This document shows positions 25,620-37,284 of a DNA stretch of 64,000 nt, in pieces; position 1 is the first letter of the stretch, and every line of letters starts with the position of its first letter. A model generated the notes under the pieces. It was given only the letters and a program-made list of their open reading frames with translations, ran no database searches and was not told the DNA's origin. The position numbers and the translations under genes are program-made. Origin of the DNA: Squalus acanthias (lineage: Eukaryota); NCBI GenBank assembly GCA_030390025.1, contig CM059432.1:62188001-62252000 (forward strand), given 5' to 3'.

Positions 25620-27050
25620 GGAAAGCATGGCCAGAGGGAGGAGGGCCAACAGGGCTCTCCACAGGAGACCTTACCCTCCCGGGGTATTCCGGGAGCAGTT
25701 TTCATATATCCATCTGTCAGAGGAGTAGTGTATTAGAAGGCTCCGCTTCAGCAAGGAGGTGGTCACAGAGCTCTGCAGCCAGAGCTCCAGCCTCAGCTCA
25801 GGACCAGGATGTGTCTATCGGTGGCAGTGAAGGTCACAGTCGCTCTCAATTTCTACGCCAGCGGCTCCTTCCAGGCTTCAAAAGTGTCTATTGCGAACAT
25901 CTCCCAGTTCGCTGTCCATTGCTGCATCCGGGAGGTCACAGATGCTCTCTACAAAAGGAGAAGGGAGTACATCTCATTCCCCATGACCCGAGACAAACAC
26001 CATGAACGCGCAATTTCTCTCTCTCCCCCACGGCAGCTGTCTTTCATTCTGCCAGCATTTCACACTTCACACTTCTGAGCCATCTTTTATTTCTTAACCT
26101 GTCCTATTACCATCTCGTCTTGCCTTGAGCATCTCTTAATGTCTCTACTTATCACAGACCTCCCCTTTTGTTCTTTTATTCCTTCCCCCAGCCTCCCACT
26201 TGCTTTTTTATGTTTCATTTCCTGCTTTTTTCTCCGTTCTGACGAAGGGTCTTCGACCTGAAACATTAACTCTGTTTCTCTCTCCACGGATGTTGCCTGG
26301 CCTGCTGAGTTTTTCCAGCGTTTTCTGTTATTTCAGTTTTCCAGCATCCGCAGTACTTTGCTATGGTACCATGAACGCGCATGTGGCTTCGCAAGGATAG
26401 CGGGCTTCCCCATAGTTCAGGGCGCCATTAACTGCACGCACGTGGCATTGCATCATCAAAATGCAGAGGTGTTTCCGCAGCCGCAAAGGCTACCACTCTC
26501 TGAACATGCAGTTGGTGTGCGACCACAGACAGCGCATCGTCACCATCAATGCCCGCTATCCTGGCAGCAGCCATAATTCATTCATCCTGCACCAGACTGG
26601 TGTCCCAGCACTGTTCCAACCACCTCATCAAGCTCATGGCTGGTTCCTCAGAGACAAGGGTTATCCACTCTGCACCTGGCTGATGACACCGCTCCGTAAC
26701 CCCAACACTCCTGCTGAGCTCGCCTACAATGAGAGCCAGAGCGCCACCAGGAACCTCATTGAGCAGACTGTCAGCATGCTGGAGCAACGGTTCCGGTGTC
26801 TTCACCACTCTGGAGGAGCCCTGCAGTACTCCCCTGATCAAGTATTGGTTTTCATTGTTGTGTGCTGCATGCTGCACAACCTCGCCATTCTGAGGACCCA
26901 GCCATTGCCACCAGGGATTGGTGGACCACCTCAGAAGGAGGGAGAGGAGGATGAAGAGGAGGAGGAGCAGCAACAATGTGGGAGGGAGGCGCTCAATGTT
27001 GCTTCTGCAAGGGCCATTCGTGAACGCCTCATTACACAGCGCTTCCGATG
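25620..27050 (+). pseudogene. Harbinger 2 DDE transposase, interrupted at 26013-26367
   Basis: RRPYP...FSYIHLSEE*CIRRLRFSKEVV, VKVTVALNFYASGSFQ, GFPIVQGAINCTHV, RKGYHSLNMQLVCD, YPGSSHNSFIL, DKGYPL, IEQTVSMLEQRFRCL. The conserved GAID aspartate reads N. Confidence 0.9.
26013..26367 (+). mobile_element. Non-coding Penelope-like insertion with hammerhead motif
   Basis: 14-bp TSD ACCATGAACGCGCA (25999-26012 and 26368-26381). Removing the insert restores the transposase reading MTRDKHHERACGFARIAG. Hammerhead motif at 26236-26270. Confidence 0.85.
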
Positions 27051-27371
27051 AATGAGAAAGCAGATGGCATTTGGGCTCAATAACCACATCATTACAGCCA
27101 GCCCGCAGCCCCTATGACCGGCTAAAGTTCCAATGAGAAACATGAGGAAATTTGTGACGTTGAAATAAACATTTTTATTATTCTGAACAACTGTGTCTTA
27201 TTACGCACAACCAATAACAAACAAACACAACAATTTATTAACGAACAGAACTGGTTCTTAGCGCATCGAAATAATTCTTAACAAATTGAACAATATATTT
27301 ACAAACACATCCAACTTTGGTACAAACACTCCCCCCCATTTGGTCTAAAACTTTTAGTTATTGGGCCTTCC

Positions 27372-29240
27372 TCAATGATCTCCCTCCCCTTCGCACTTCC
27401 CTCTCCCACCCCTACTGCTCCTCTGTAATCTGGCCCCAGTGGCTGCAACAAGGCTGGTAGAAGACTGCTGAATCTGGGATCCAGAGACTGCAGATGGCCT
27501 TGCAGGATGCCCTCGAACAGCTCTGGGCCTGGAGGGCCCGGCTGCAGACTGCACCAACTCTGCATGGGTGGCAGCAGTCTGGGCTGGGTTACAGGCTGTG
27601 GCAAGTGCAATGGCAGAGTGACAGTGGTGGGAGCAGGAATGCAGTCACCCTGAGAGAGGACAGCACCTTCCTGCTCGACCAACACACTGCCACTCCCCCG
27701 GGGCAGAATCACAGGATCCAGAGCAATCTGCTCGAGCACCAATTGCTAGCCTGCTGCGGCACCATCAGACCCCCGGTGGACAGTGGTCGACCCAGCTACG
27801 ATGGCAGCAGTCAGTGCTTGCGTGGTATCAATCTGAGACTGCATCAGAGCAGTCTGAGATTGCATGGCACCAACCAATGACTTGATTCTAGCACTAAGCC
27901 ATTGCTTTGCCTCGGCCTGTGCTGCAATAGATGCTGCCACCTCATCCATTACACGCGGCATGGGGTCTGGGTTTCCACGGTCTCCCTGCAAGTCAACTAT
28001 CCTCTGCAAAGTGGCAAGGATGGGCCCGAGGGTTTGCGCACAGATGACAGCTGTACTGGCGGCGGACTCCTCCACGCTCCTAGCCAGTGCATCCATGCTC
28101 TCGGGCACCCTTGCCATTGCACCCATGCTCATTGCCTGAGTATTCATCGCCGCGATATCGAGGTCCTCATCCGAGTCCTGTGCAGCGGAACTCGTGCACG
28201 CGCTCACCCTCTGGGAAGATGGCCCCCGAGCTTCCCTTTCCCCATGGCATTGCTGCAGCCCGCTGTGTCCCGGAGCTTCACCCACATCGGAGCCAATTCC
28301 TCTGCTCCCCTTCAGTGACCGCGTGGTCCCAGTATCTGATGTGTCGCCCTCGGGAGACGCAGGCAGTGAGGCTCTGGCGTGGTGTTCCTGATCCTCTTCT
28401 ACGTCGCTGCCACTGGGAGGCTGAGGGACAGGCTGTTCAGATGGTGGCTCACTATCTGAAAGCAGGAAGGCACAAGAGTGGGTTTAATGTGAGGGGAGGG
28501 GGGCAGGAAGGGAGCAAGGAATGGAGACCGTATACTTCGCTGGAAAGTGGGAAGGGCTTGTGTTGTGAGGGGGAAATGGTATGAGAGAAGAGGGAGAGGT
28601 GATGAACATACCGTTGCTGTCCCCAAGGGGGTCAACCTCTCCGACTGCCACAGCACCTACGACATGGCTCGCGATGATGCTGTCCACTCGCTCCTCCAGC
28701 TGTGTGAGGGGGTGCAGCTCGGCCTGACCTCCCGTGCTTGGCTGCTCCCTCCTGTTATGAGCAAGCTTGGCCTGCAAGAAAAAGGACAGCGGTGAGTGAG
28801 TGTGCAGCCATGTGTTTGGCAGATGTGCCTACCATAGTCGAATAGCCGTTAATATCTGCAAGGTGTGAGATGTGGATGTGACTTTTAGTAGACGGGCATA
28901 GTTGGTGGCTAAGTGTTGAGGATTTGGCAGTTTATACCGTCTACTCAGAGTGAGGTTGAGATGGTGGGATGTAGAGGTATTTCAAGCATTTACTCACCCT
29001 GACCACCCGAGTGAGGTCATTGAACTTCTTGCGGCACTGGGTGCGAGTCCTTTGGCCCACGCTTCTGAACGAGACGTACTGGGCCACCTCCCTCCACATC
29101 CTTGTGAACTCCCGGGACAATGGCCTCCTGCCAGTGTCTGGGAACAGCACTGCCCATCGGCCTTCCACAGCCACTACCAGAGCCTCCAATGCCTGGTCGC
29201 TGAACCGGCGAGCTCTCTCCCTGGGCCTCTGAGCAGCCAT
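27372..29240 (-). pseudogene. Harbinger 2 Myb/SANT-like gene; exons 29240-28998, 28771-28612 and 28455 to about 27372
   Basis: MAAQRPRERARRFSDQALEALV...WREVA...RTRTQCRKKFNDLTRVVR|AKLAHNRREQPSTGG. GT/AG sites are in phase. One premature TAG at 27746-27748 and a late frameshift. Confidence 0.87.
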
Positions 29241-29777
29241 GAGATTCCTAGTTGAAGAATTGCACCTTCTTGCAGGCCCAGGTCACAAGCAGCAATGATC
29301 AGGGTGAGCATGATTGAACCTCTCCTTTAAGAACTGGAAGGTGCCAGTCTGTCTGAGTACCAGATAATTGGCGGCGCCCGAGCTTGAGTAGCGCTCTGAG
29401 GTAGCGCCCCGTTCCCTGATGTTAGCACCCTAAGAGAAGTGTGTAGCGCTTGATTTAGCGCTCCAATCATCTCCAGGGGCGCCAGAGACGAATTTCGCGG
29501 CCGCCGGCGCCAAGGTTTGCGGCCAGCTGATGTTCGGGCCCCAAAAAGGTTGATGCCAAATTTTTCCCCCATAAAATTCTTAAGGGGCTTGACAGGGTTA
29601 ATGCTGAGAAAATGTTTCCCCTGGCTGGGGAATCTAGAATACTGGGTCACCACCTCAGAATAAGGGGTCAGCCATTTATGACTGAGATGAGGAGAAATTT
29701 CTTCACTCAAAGGGTTGTGAATCTTTGGATTCTCTACCCCAGAGAGCCGTGGGTACTCAGTCGTTGAGTATATTCAA

Positions 29778-30193
29778 TGATGCGGAGATGCCGGTGTTGG
29801 ACTGGGGTGGACAAAAGTGAGAAGTCGCACAACACCAGGTTATAGTCCAACAGTTTCATTTGAAATCACAAGCTTTCGGAGCTGCTGCCCCTTCGTCAGG
29901 TGAAGTAAAGGAATACGAATCGACAAAGCATATATAGACAGAGAACAATGCATGTGTAGCGTACAATGGCAGACGACTACATTTAATCCTCCTGACTGCC
30001 TTTCGTCACACCTCGGCAGAGAAACAGTCAGGAGGATTAAGTGTAGTCGTCTGACATTGTACGCTACACATGCATTGTTCTCTATCTATATATGCTTTGT
30101 CGATTCGTATTCCTTTACTTCACCTGACGAAGGGGCAGCAGCTCCGAAAGCTTGTGATTTCAAATAAAACTGTTGGACTATAACCTGGTGTTG
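29778..30193. mobile_element. Palindromic Penelope-like insertion (family B)
   Basis: 13-bp TSD TGAGTATATTCAA (29765-29777 and 30194-30206). 171-bp inverted arms at 29828-29998 and 30025-30195. Confidence 0.88.
30120..30157 (+). ncRNA. Minimal hammerhead ribozyme motif (mirror copy on - strand at 29866-29903)
   Basis: UCAC-CUGACGA-A-GGGGC-AGCA-GCUCC-GAAA-GCUU-GUGA. Has both core boxes, stem II, stem I UCAC/GUGA and a palindromic AAGCUU stem III. Confidence 0.72.
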
Positions 30194-30487
30194 TGAGTAT
30201 ATTCAAGACAGAGGTCGATAAATTTTTGGGAATTAAGGGATATGGGGATAGTGCAGGAAGGTGGAGTTGAGGTAGAAGATCAGCCATGATTTTGTTGAAT
30301 GGCGGAGCAGGCTCGAAGGGCTAAATGGCCGCCTCCTGCTCCTATTTCTTATGTTCTTAAGACGTTGATTAAACCACTGTTGGAGCATTGTATAGTGTTG
30401 AGGGCACTCTATTATTAAAAGAATATCGGAGTCATGGAAAATGGACACTGCAGATTCACTAGGATGATAACAGGGATAAAGCTATAA

Positions 30488-30931
30488 GAAAGACTTGCAT
30501 TTATATAGCGCCTTTCACGACCACCAGACGTACCAAAGCACTTTACAGCCAATGAAGTACTTTTTTGAAGTGTAGTCACTGTTGTAATGTAGGAAAAGTG
30601 GCAGCCAATTTGCGCACAGCAAGCTCCCACAAACAGCAATGTGATAATGACCAGATAATCTGTTTGCGATATTGATTGAGGGATAAATATTGGCCAGGGC
30701 ACCGATGATAACTCCCCTGCTCTTCTTCGAAATAGTGCCATGGATCTTTTACGTCCACCTGAGAGAGCATCTGTTTAACGTCTCATCCGAAAGACGGCAC
30801 CTCTGACAGTGCAGCACTCCCTCATGAGTATCAACCTAGATTTTTATGCTCAAGTCTCTGGAGTGGGACTTCAGCCCACAACCTTCTGACTCAAAGGCGA
30901 GGGTGCTACCAACTGAGCCACAGCTGACACT
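30488..30931 (-). mobile_element. Deu-domain tRNA SINE (SacSINE1-like)
   Basis: Reverse complement has a head gtggctcagttggtagc, central ggtgccgtctttcggatgagacgttaaac, and L2-like tail aaaggcgctatataaatgcaagtctttc. Confidence 0.75.
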
Positions 30932-33136
30932 GTGTTAATATAGTTATGAAGAGACAGGAAGAAGATTAAGGGAGGTGTTCTAATAGAAGTATTAAAAAAA
31001 TTGTAAAAGGTTTTAAGAGGATAAATAGTGAAAGATATTTTCTACTGGTCAATGAATTATTAGCAAGTAAGTTCAGAAATTAGCACTAGAAGCATAAAGG
31101 TGGAGGTTAGAAGAAATATTTTCATGCAAAGGCTCATTGGGATTTAGAAAGCATTACTGCAATTAAAATCGAGTCAATCACAATGAATTGATTAACATTT
31201 GAAGAAAAATATTAAAGGAAGCAAGCCAATTGGATTAAAATAGTCAGGTCTGATAATGGAGCTAGCACTGGCACAAACATGATGGGCCGAATGGCCTTCC
31301 ACCTGTACAATAATGTCTGATTCTGCTTTGCAGGGAGTTTAATAATAAGCATTGTAATGCCTCCTTCATAACTAAATCAATTGCTGTACCTATTATATAC
31401 AAAACAAGTTATAATTTTATTTATGGGGGATTTGAAGCAAATGCACCATTTTATCTGCTTGTATGCGGATTAGTTTATTCATTCCAATAATGTTGCAACG
31501 CCTTAGTGTTTTGGTATAATACTGTGTTCTGATGCCATTTTACAGGTTCCAAGCTTTGTTTGTCTTATTCAATTGGCTCCCTTATCCAATGCAGTCTTCA
31601 ACAACATTCTCACTCCCCAGTTCAGCACAACTCTTCTCACCTCGTTGCAATTTTCAAGCGCTTTTCAGCCTGTCTCCCTACCCCAGCCAAGACTTGTCTG
31701 ACTCATCTTCCGCTTCAATCTTCTGCCCCCACCAGACAGTCTGTCTCATCTTCTGGGGTTAGATCTTAACTGCTTTAAAGTTAATGGTGGTTGCAGCTTC
31801 AATATATAGAAAAACTGAAACAATGGTTTTTTTAAAGGGGAACAGTGAGTTACTTTTTTAAAAATGTTTGAGAATTTTCAGGACTTCAGTTTGTCCAAAA
31901 GAAAAAGAAATTGCAATTTTTTTTCAAAAAGGCTGGATTTTAGAACATAATTCGGATCAAGTACAGCATAAAGTATGTCCTTTTAAAAGACCTACAAAGA
32001 AAAAATATATTTTTTGAAATGTTATTCTACTTCTCAGTTACTCTATTGTTTTATGCAAGTTCATCGATTATGCAGCTTTAATATTTAAAAGGCAGTTTTT
32101 AAAATTAAAACTACAGTAAATTTCATAACCTCCGAAAGCACTCTTGTGCGCATGTTTTAACTGGGGAAAGTACCCAAGTCCTTGTGGCAGCAAAACAAGT
32201 TTTTTAAGTTAGATATGTTCCTGTATCTTTCTTTATTAATAATATCATGAGCCCGCATTATTTTGTAGGATATAAAGAATCCATAGGTAGGAGTCCAGTG
32301 AAGTTTGCAGATTCTGGTCTTAGTGGATGACCTAAATAAATTGTACTTGAGGTTTTCCTCTGTGGTTACAATCCTTTTCTCAATAGAAAATAACGTCACA
32401 GAAAGCAATGAAATTAGTTTCACTTTTGTCTGCAAATGCGTAAAAGTGTTGACTTTATGTGAAACTAATCATTTGACCCTTGTACAATTGACCTATTTTT
32501 TTTTTAAACGTTGCCACCTTAAAATCATTTTAGAATATTTTACTGTGATATGCAGAACCTTCTGTTCTGCTATGCTGTGATGTATATGATTTTCTCTTAC
32601 TGTATTGGACACTATTTTAAAAAAATCACTCCGATGTGATTATTTGGGTAATAAATATAACACAGAAATTGAACAAGAACTGGTAGTTGCATCTCATCCT
32701 GCTCTCCCATATTAAGTCATGAGTAGCATTAAATATAAAAGGAAATATATTTGTAGTTGTGGGTGTGTGCAAGTGATATGTATAAATTGCGATAGTGCTG
32801 TTCGTGGAACATCAAAGGGTGCACTGTTTAATCAGGATAGAAATATTATACTGTATAAAACACAATTAATATTCTGCTCAACTATAGGTGTGTGTTCCTC
32901 TAAGGCTACAAATTCTAATTGATAAAGAGTGAGTGAGTTTGTACAGATGCTGCAGACACCGTGGCTGCAGTATTTTGTTTCTTTCTAATTTTTCCTTCCT
33001 CTCCTCATGTCTCCTACCACCCCCTCACTCCCATCACTACTACCTTTTCCACTTTATGCTACTACTCAACCCGTGTCCTCCCCTCCCTCTTACTCTACTG
33101 TCACTCACCTCACTCTTAACTCCCCAAGAGGGAATA

Positions 33137-35160
33137 TAGGAACAAGAGTAGGCCATTGAGCCCCTCGAGCCTGTTCCGCCATTCAATGAGATCATGGCTG
33201 ATCTGCGATCTAGTGCCATATACACGCCTTTGGCCTATATCCCTTAATACCTTTAGTTAACAAAACGCTATCAATCTCCGATTTAAAATTAACAACTGAT
33301 CTAGCATCAATTGCCATTTGCGGAAGAGAGTTCCAAACTTCTACCACCCTTTGTGTGTAGAAGTGTTTCCTAATTTCACTCCTGCAAGGTCTGGCTCTAA
33401 TTATAGACGACTCGCAGTTTCCCGACAACAGATGTTAGGCTAACTGGCCTATAATTCCCTGGTTTCCCCCTCTCGCCATTCTTAAATAGCGGAGTGACGT
33501 GCAATTTTCCAATCTAAAGGAGCGGTTCCTGAATCGAGAGAACTTTGGAAGATTATAGTTAGAACATCTGCAATGTGCTCACCTACTTCCTTTAAAACCC
33601 TGGGATGGAAACCATCTGGTCCTGGGGATTTGTCACTCTTTAGTGCCATTACTTTCTTCATTACTGTTATTTTACTTACATTAATTTTATTGAGTCCCTG
33701 TCCCTGATTTAATATTAGTTTCCTTGGGATTTCTGGCATGCTACCTCTTCTCTACTGTAAATACTGACGCAAAGTAATTATTCAACATGTCCGCAATTTC
33801 CTTATTATCATTGACAAAATCACAGCTTTCAGTTTTTAAGGGGCCAACATTGCTCCTGACTACCCTCCTTTTACTAATATAATTGTAAAAATTCTTTGTG
33901 TTGATTTTGATATCCCTTGCAAGTTTCTTTTCATACTCCCATTTTGTAGCTCTTACTGACTATTTTGTGACCCTTTGCTGTTCTTTGTATTTTTCCCATT
34001 CACCAGGATCTGTACTATTTTTTGCATTCTTGTATGCTTTTTCTTTTAGTTTTATGCTGTCCCTCACCTCTTTAGTCATCCATGGCCATTTTTGTGGCAA
34101 GTAGAGCTCTTGCTCCTCGGGTATAAACTGGTTCTGTATCACCTTAAATTCTTTTTTGAACATCTCCCTCTGATCGTCTGTCGTTTTACCCATTAACAGA
34201 TTTGCCCAGTTTACTGTGGACAGTCTGCCTCGTCCTGTTGAAGTCGGCCTTACCCAAATCGAGAATCTTAGTAGCTGTTTCGTATTTCTCCCTTTCAAAC
34301 ACTACGTTGAACTCGATCATGTTATGATCGCTATTGGATAAATGTTCACACGCAGTTCGGCTGGTAACTAAATCTGGCTCATTACTCATTACTAAATCTA
34401 ATATGGCATGCTCCCTCATTGCCTCTAGGACATATTGTTGTAGAAAACTATCCCGGACACACTCAAGAAATTCAGTACCTTTCTGACAGGTGCTAGTCTG
34501 CTTATCCCAATCTATATGAAAATTAAAATCCCCCCGCTAAAACCACTCTGCCTTTGCTACACGCTTGTCTAATCTCTGTATTTATACAATCTAGCACTTC
34601 ACAGCTGCTATCATGGGGCCTATACACAACTCCCACTACAGTCTTAAATCCCTTCCTATTTCTTAATTCTACCCATAAAGTCTCCACTGCCTGCTTACCT
34701 CTCGTTATATCTTCTTTTATCATTGAAGTGATTTCATCCTTAATCACTAAAGCTACTACTCTCCCTCTGCCATTTTCCCTGTCTTTCCTGTAGACCTCAT
34801 AACCTGGTATATTTAGTTCCCAGTCCTGACCATCTTGCAGCCATGTCATACCCTCCAATTTGAATTTGTGCCTGCAGTTCATTCAATTTATTCCTTATAC
34901 TCCGTGCATTTGTATAAAGAACGCTTATTTGGGCCACCCACCTTCTTTATTCAACGATTATTTATAGTTGTATTAATTAGTTTATCTAGGTAAGTTTTTA
35001 ATTTAATAAAGTACGTTATAGTTTCCCGCTCTTAGTTTAAACCACTGTTCCAGCTTAGAGGGAAAAAAGTTAATACTCACCAACCAATCACCTACCTGCT
35101 GTCCTGTGACGTCACTCCTTGTTTTTTTGTTGTTTTTAAATGCTCCGCTCTCCCGATGTG
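33137..35160 (-). mobile_element. Internally deleted CR1 retaining 5' UTR and 3' UTR
   Basis: The 3' UTR and last ORF2 codons (33137-33405) are fused to the NYRPVSLTSVVGKL region. The endonuclease runs to about 34940 and then jumps to a 5' UTR homologous to 59820-59925. ORF1 is absent. Confidence 0.85.
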
Positions 35161-35744
35161 CTCTGCTGGGGCAGTGGGCTCCTCATGTTTGATCTATTTT
35201 TCTCCTCCCTCCCTCTTCCTAATCTTTTTGTTTCCCTCAAAGAGGCTTTGTTTACTTACAAAATTCAGATTTAAAAAAAAAGAAATCAAAGTAGATGGAG
35301 GAAAAATACTGTCTGTCTGCCTCATTCTTTATCTCCCTCCCTGTCTCATTGGTGTTAGAATCTTTGTCTCGTATCTTTAAGCAATTAGCTGTTACCTTTC
35401 TAATTCAACAAAACACAGGTGAGCTAATTCACTTGCCTTTTTTTAAATTGAACTTTTAGCATTAGGGAAAACTCTCGACACATGTACTCGTACTCGCGCA
35501 CACGTACACACACAAAATGACTTTTTTTAAAAACATACACACAATATAAATTTTGCCTGAATAAACTTTTGAGATTTTGCTTACTATACTATTGTCCAAG
35601 ACATTATTATGTATTAAAACTAGGATTCCCAGGTAGGATACCTATTATCTCTATCCATAGAATAATGCATTTTTAGGGCACAGGACTTGAGATTTTAGTT
35701 TGCCTTGCAATCAGATAAGATTTATTTTATTTTTTTAAACCATG

Positions 35745-36095
35745 GAGAAGGTACCCTAGTGGCTTATTACGTTGCCAAGTCTAGAACTGAGCCATACGGA
35801 CTGAGTATCACAGGTTTAATTCTCTGTGCTGAGTTAGTTGATTTCCACCAGCTTGACCGTGGGAATGAAATCATTGGTTTCAGTGCCCTGGGTCCAGGAG
35901 GGAAAAATTCAACATGGGGCAGTGACTCCTGCTGGAAAATGCACACGCCTGGGCATCAGGTAGCATCAGGATTGGGGTTGATTGTCAGCCCTCCCGTAGT
36001 TAAATAATCTTCTGCGATAGGCTCGCACAGGATAAACAGCCACTTGTGTGATGGGCCGGAGGGCAGCTGGTAACCGTGGAACTGTAACCCTTAAA
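35745..36095 (+). mobile_element. Ancient tRNA-derived SINE
   Basis: tctctgtgctgagttagttgat...gggaaaaattc...cctgctggaaaatgc...gtggaactgtaaccc, shared with the 12390 and 18340 copies. Confidence 0.55.
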
Positions 36096-37284
36096 AATCA
36101 TCATCTTCGTGAGGGTAAAAATGCTACAAGAAAACTGGGGCACAAATTTGCTGACAAGGGACAATATGTGCTCTCGCCTTCTGTGTGAGCATGAAATGAG
36201 AGTTAAATTGCTGCCAGCAGCAACAAATGGGTCATATATCGAAGTGGAAAATAGCATGCAGAGATCCAATTGATTTGCATCTGCTGAAAAAATATAGGTC
36301 TACATCTCTTTAATTTGAGTTCTGTGAAGTTTTGTCAGTGTTTGAATTGCATGGTGTGCAAATTCTCATTCCTCTTTGCATTTACTAGTGTCTACGATCA
36401 AGATTTTATGCTTAAAGAAGGAATCCAGTATGATTATTTCTAACTATCTGTTCTAAGCCATAAGAAATACGGTATGTTACCAGACACGAACACATCTTGG
36501 GAATTCAGATAACATTCTCCAACTGCCCTACCCTCATTCTTGTGGTTTATAATATCTGAATTCTCGACGTTATAGCCTTTTAATACATCTCATTATAGCG
36601 ATCATCGCATATCGTTTATATAATGCTATAACATTTTTATTATGTATTTTTCTTTGATTTTGACAGCAGAAAAGATAGTTGGGCAGTTGCTATACTTTTA
36701 TTTTTAATTTGTCCTTTTCTTTACAGACTTATCTGTTGAAAAATATAGTGCACCAGGTTTGTTTTTCCTGTGGGCAGTTTTGCTGTTTCCTGCTTTGTTC
36801 TGAGAATAACATGTGGTCTGGCAGGAATATAGTGTGTGCTGTCATTTGCTCACACATGACGTTGCCTGATGCATGTCTCGGCAGATGCTGTTCATAAACA
36901 GATCCCACAGATTTTGAGCAAGCTGGCTGAAAAGCAGTTAGTTCATTCACAGGATAGGTTTGAGAAGCTGTTGATGTGACATCAGCGCGTGACTGTGCGT
37001 AGCCTTGATGTGACGGTTGGGGGAGGCATTATAGTGTTTGTTCCTTCGGCAGCTTTTTATAGAACTGATCCAGCTGTAGCTGGTTATACTCAGCCAGTTC
37101 TGTTAAAGCAGGCTTGTACACGGATAGTGACTTTAAATTTGTGTATGAATAGCAAAATCTGAAATGGTTTTAAAATTCTGCTAATGAATTTTAGTTTTAC
37201 ATTTAAATGGACATCTAATTGCAGATGATATAGACTTTTTCGGAGAACCTTTAACTCTTTGAATACTGTTTGCACTTTTGCACT

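Larger units (their letters stand above)
24824..29570. mobile_element. PIF/Harbinger DNA transposon 2 (transposase on +, Myb gene on -); left end ambiguous (24824 or 25457)
   Basis: Right end aaatttttccccc. Candidate left ends GGCCGAGAAATTTG (24824) and GGCCGGAATCTT (25457). Both Harbinger genes are present and convergent. No clean TSD. Confidence 0.75.
29571..30360 (+). mobile_element. CR1 3' fragment interrupted by a palindromic Penelope-like insertion
   Basis: KILKGLDRV...RGQP...EMRRNFFTQRVVNLW, resuming after 30194 and ending ...tcttatgttctt. Confidence 0.85.

Noticed and set aside
9055..27050. Host genes HARBI1 or NAIF1
   Set aside because: The copies are multiple, TIR-associated, frameshifted and interrupted, so they are transposon relics rather than the domesticated genes.
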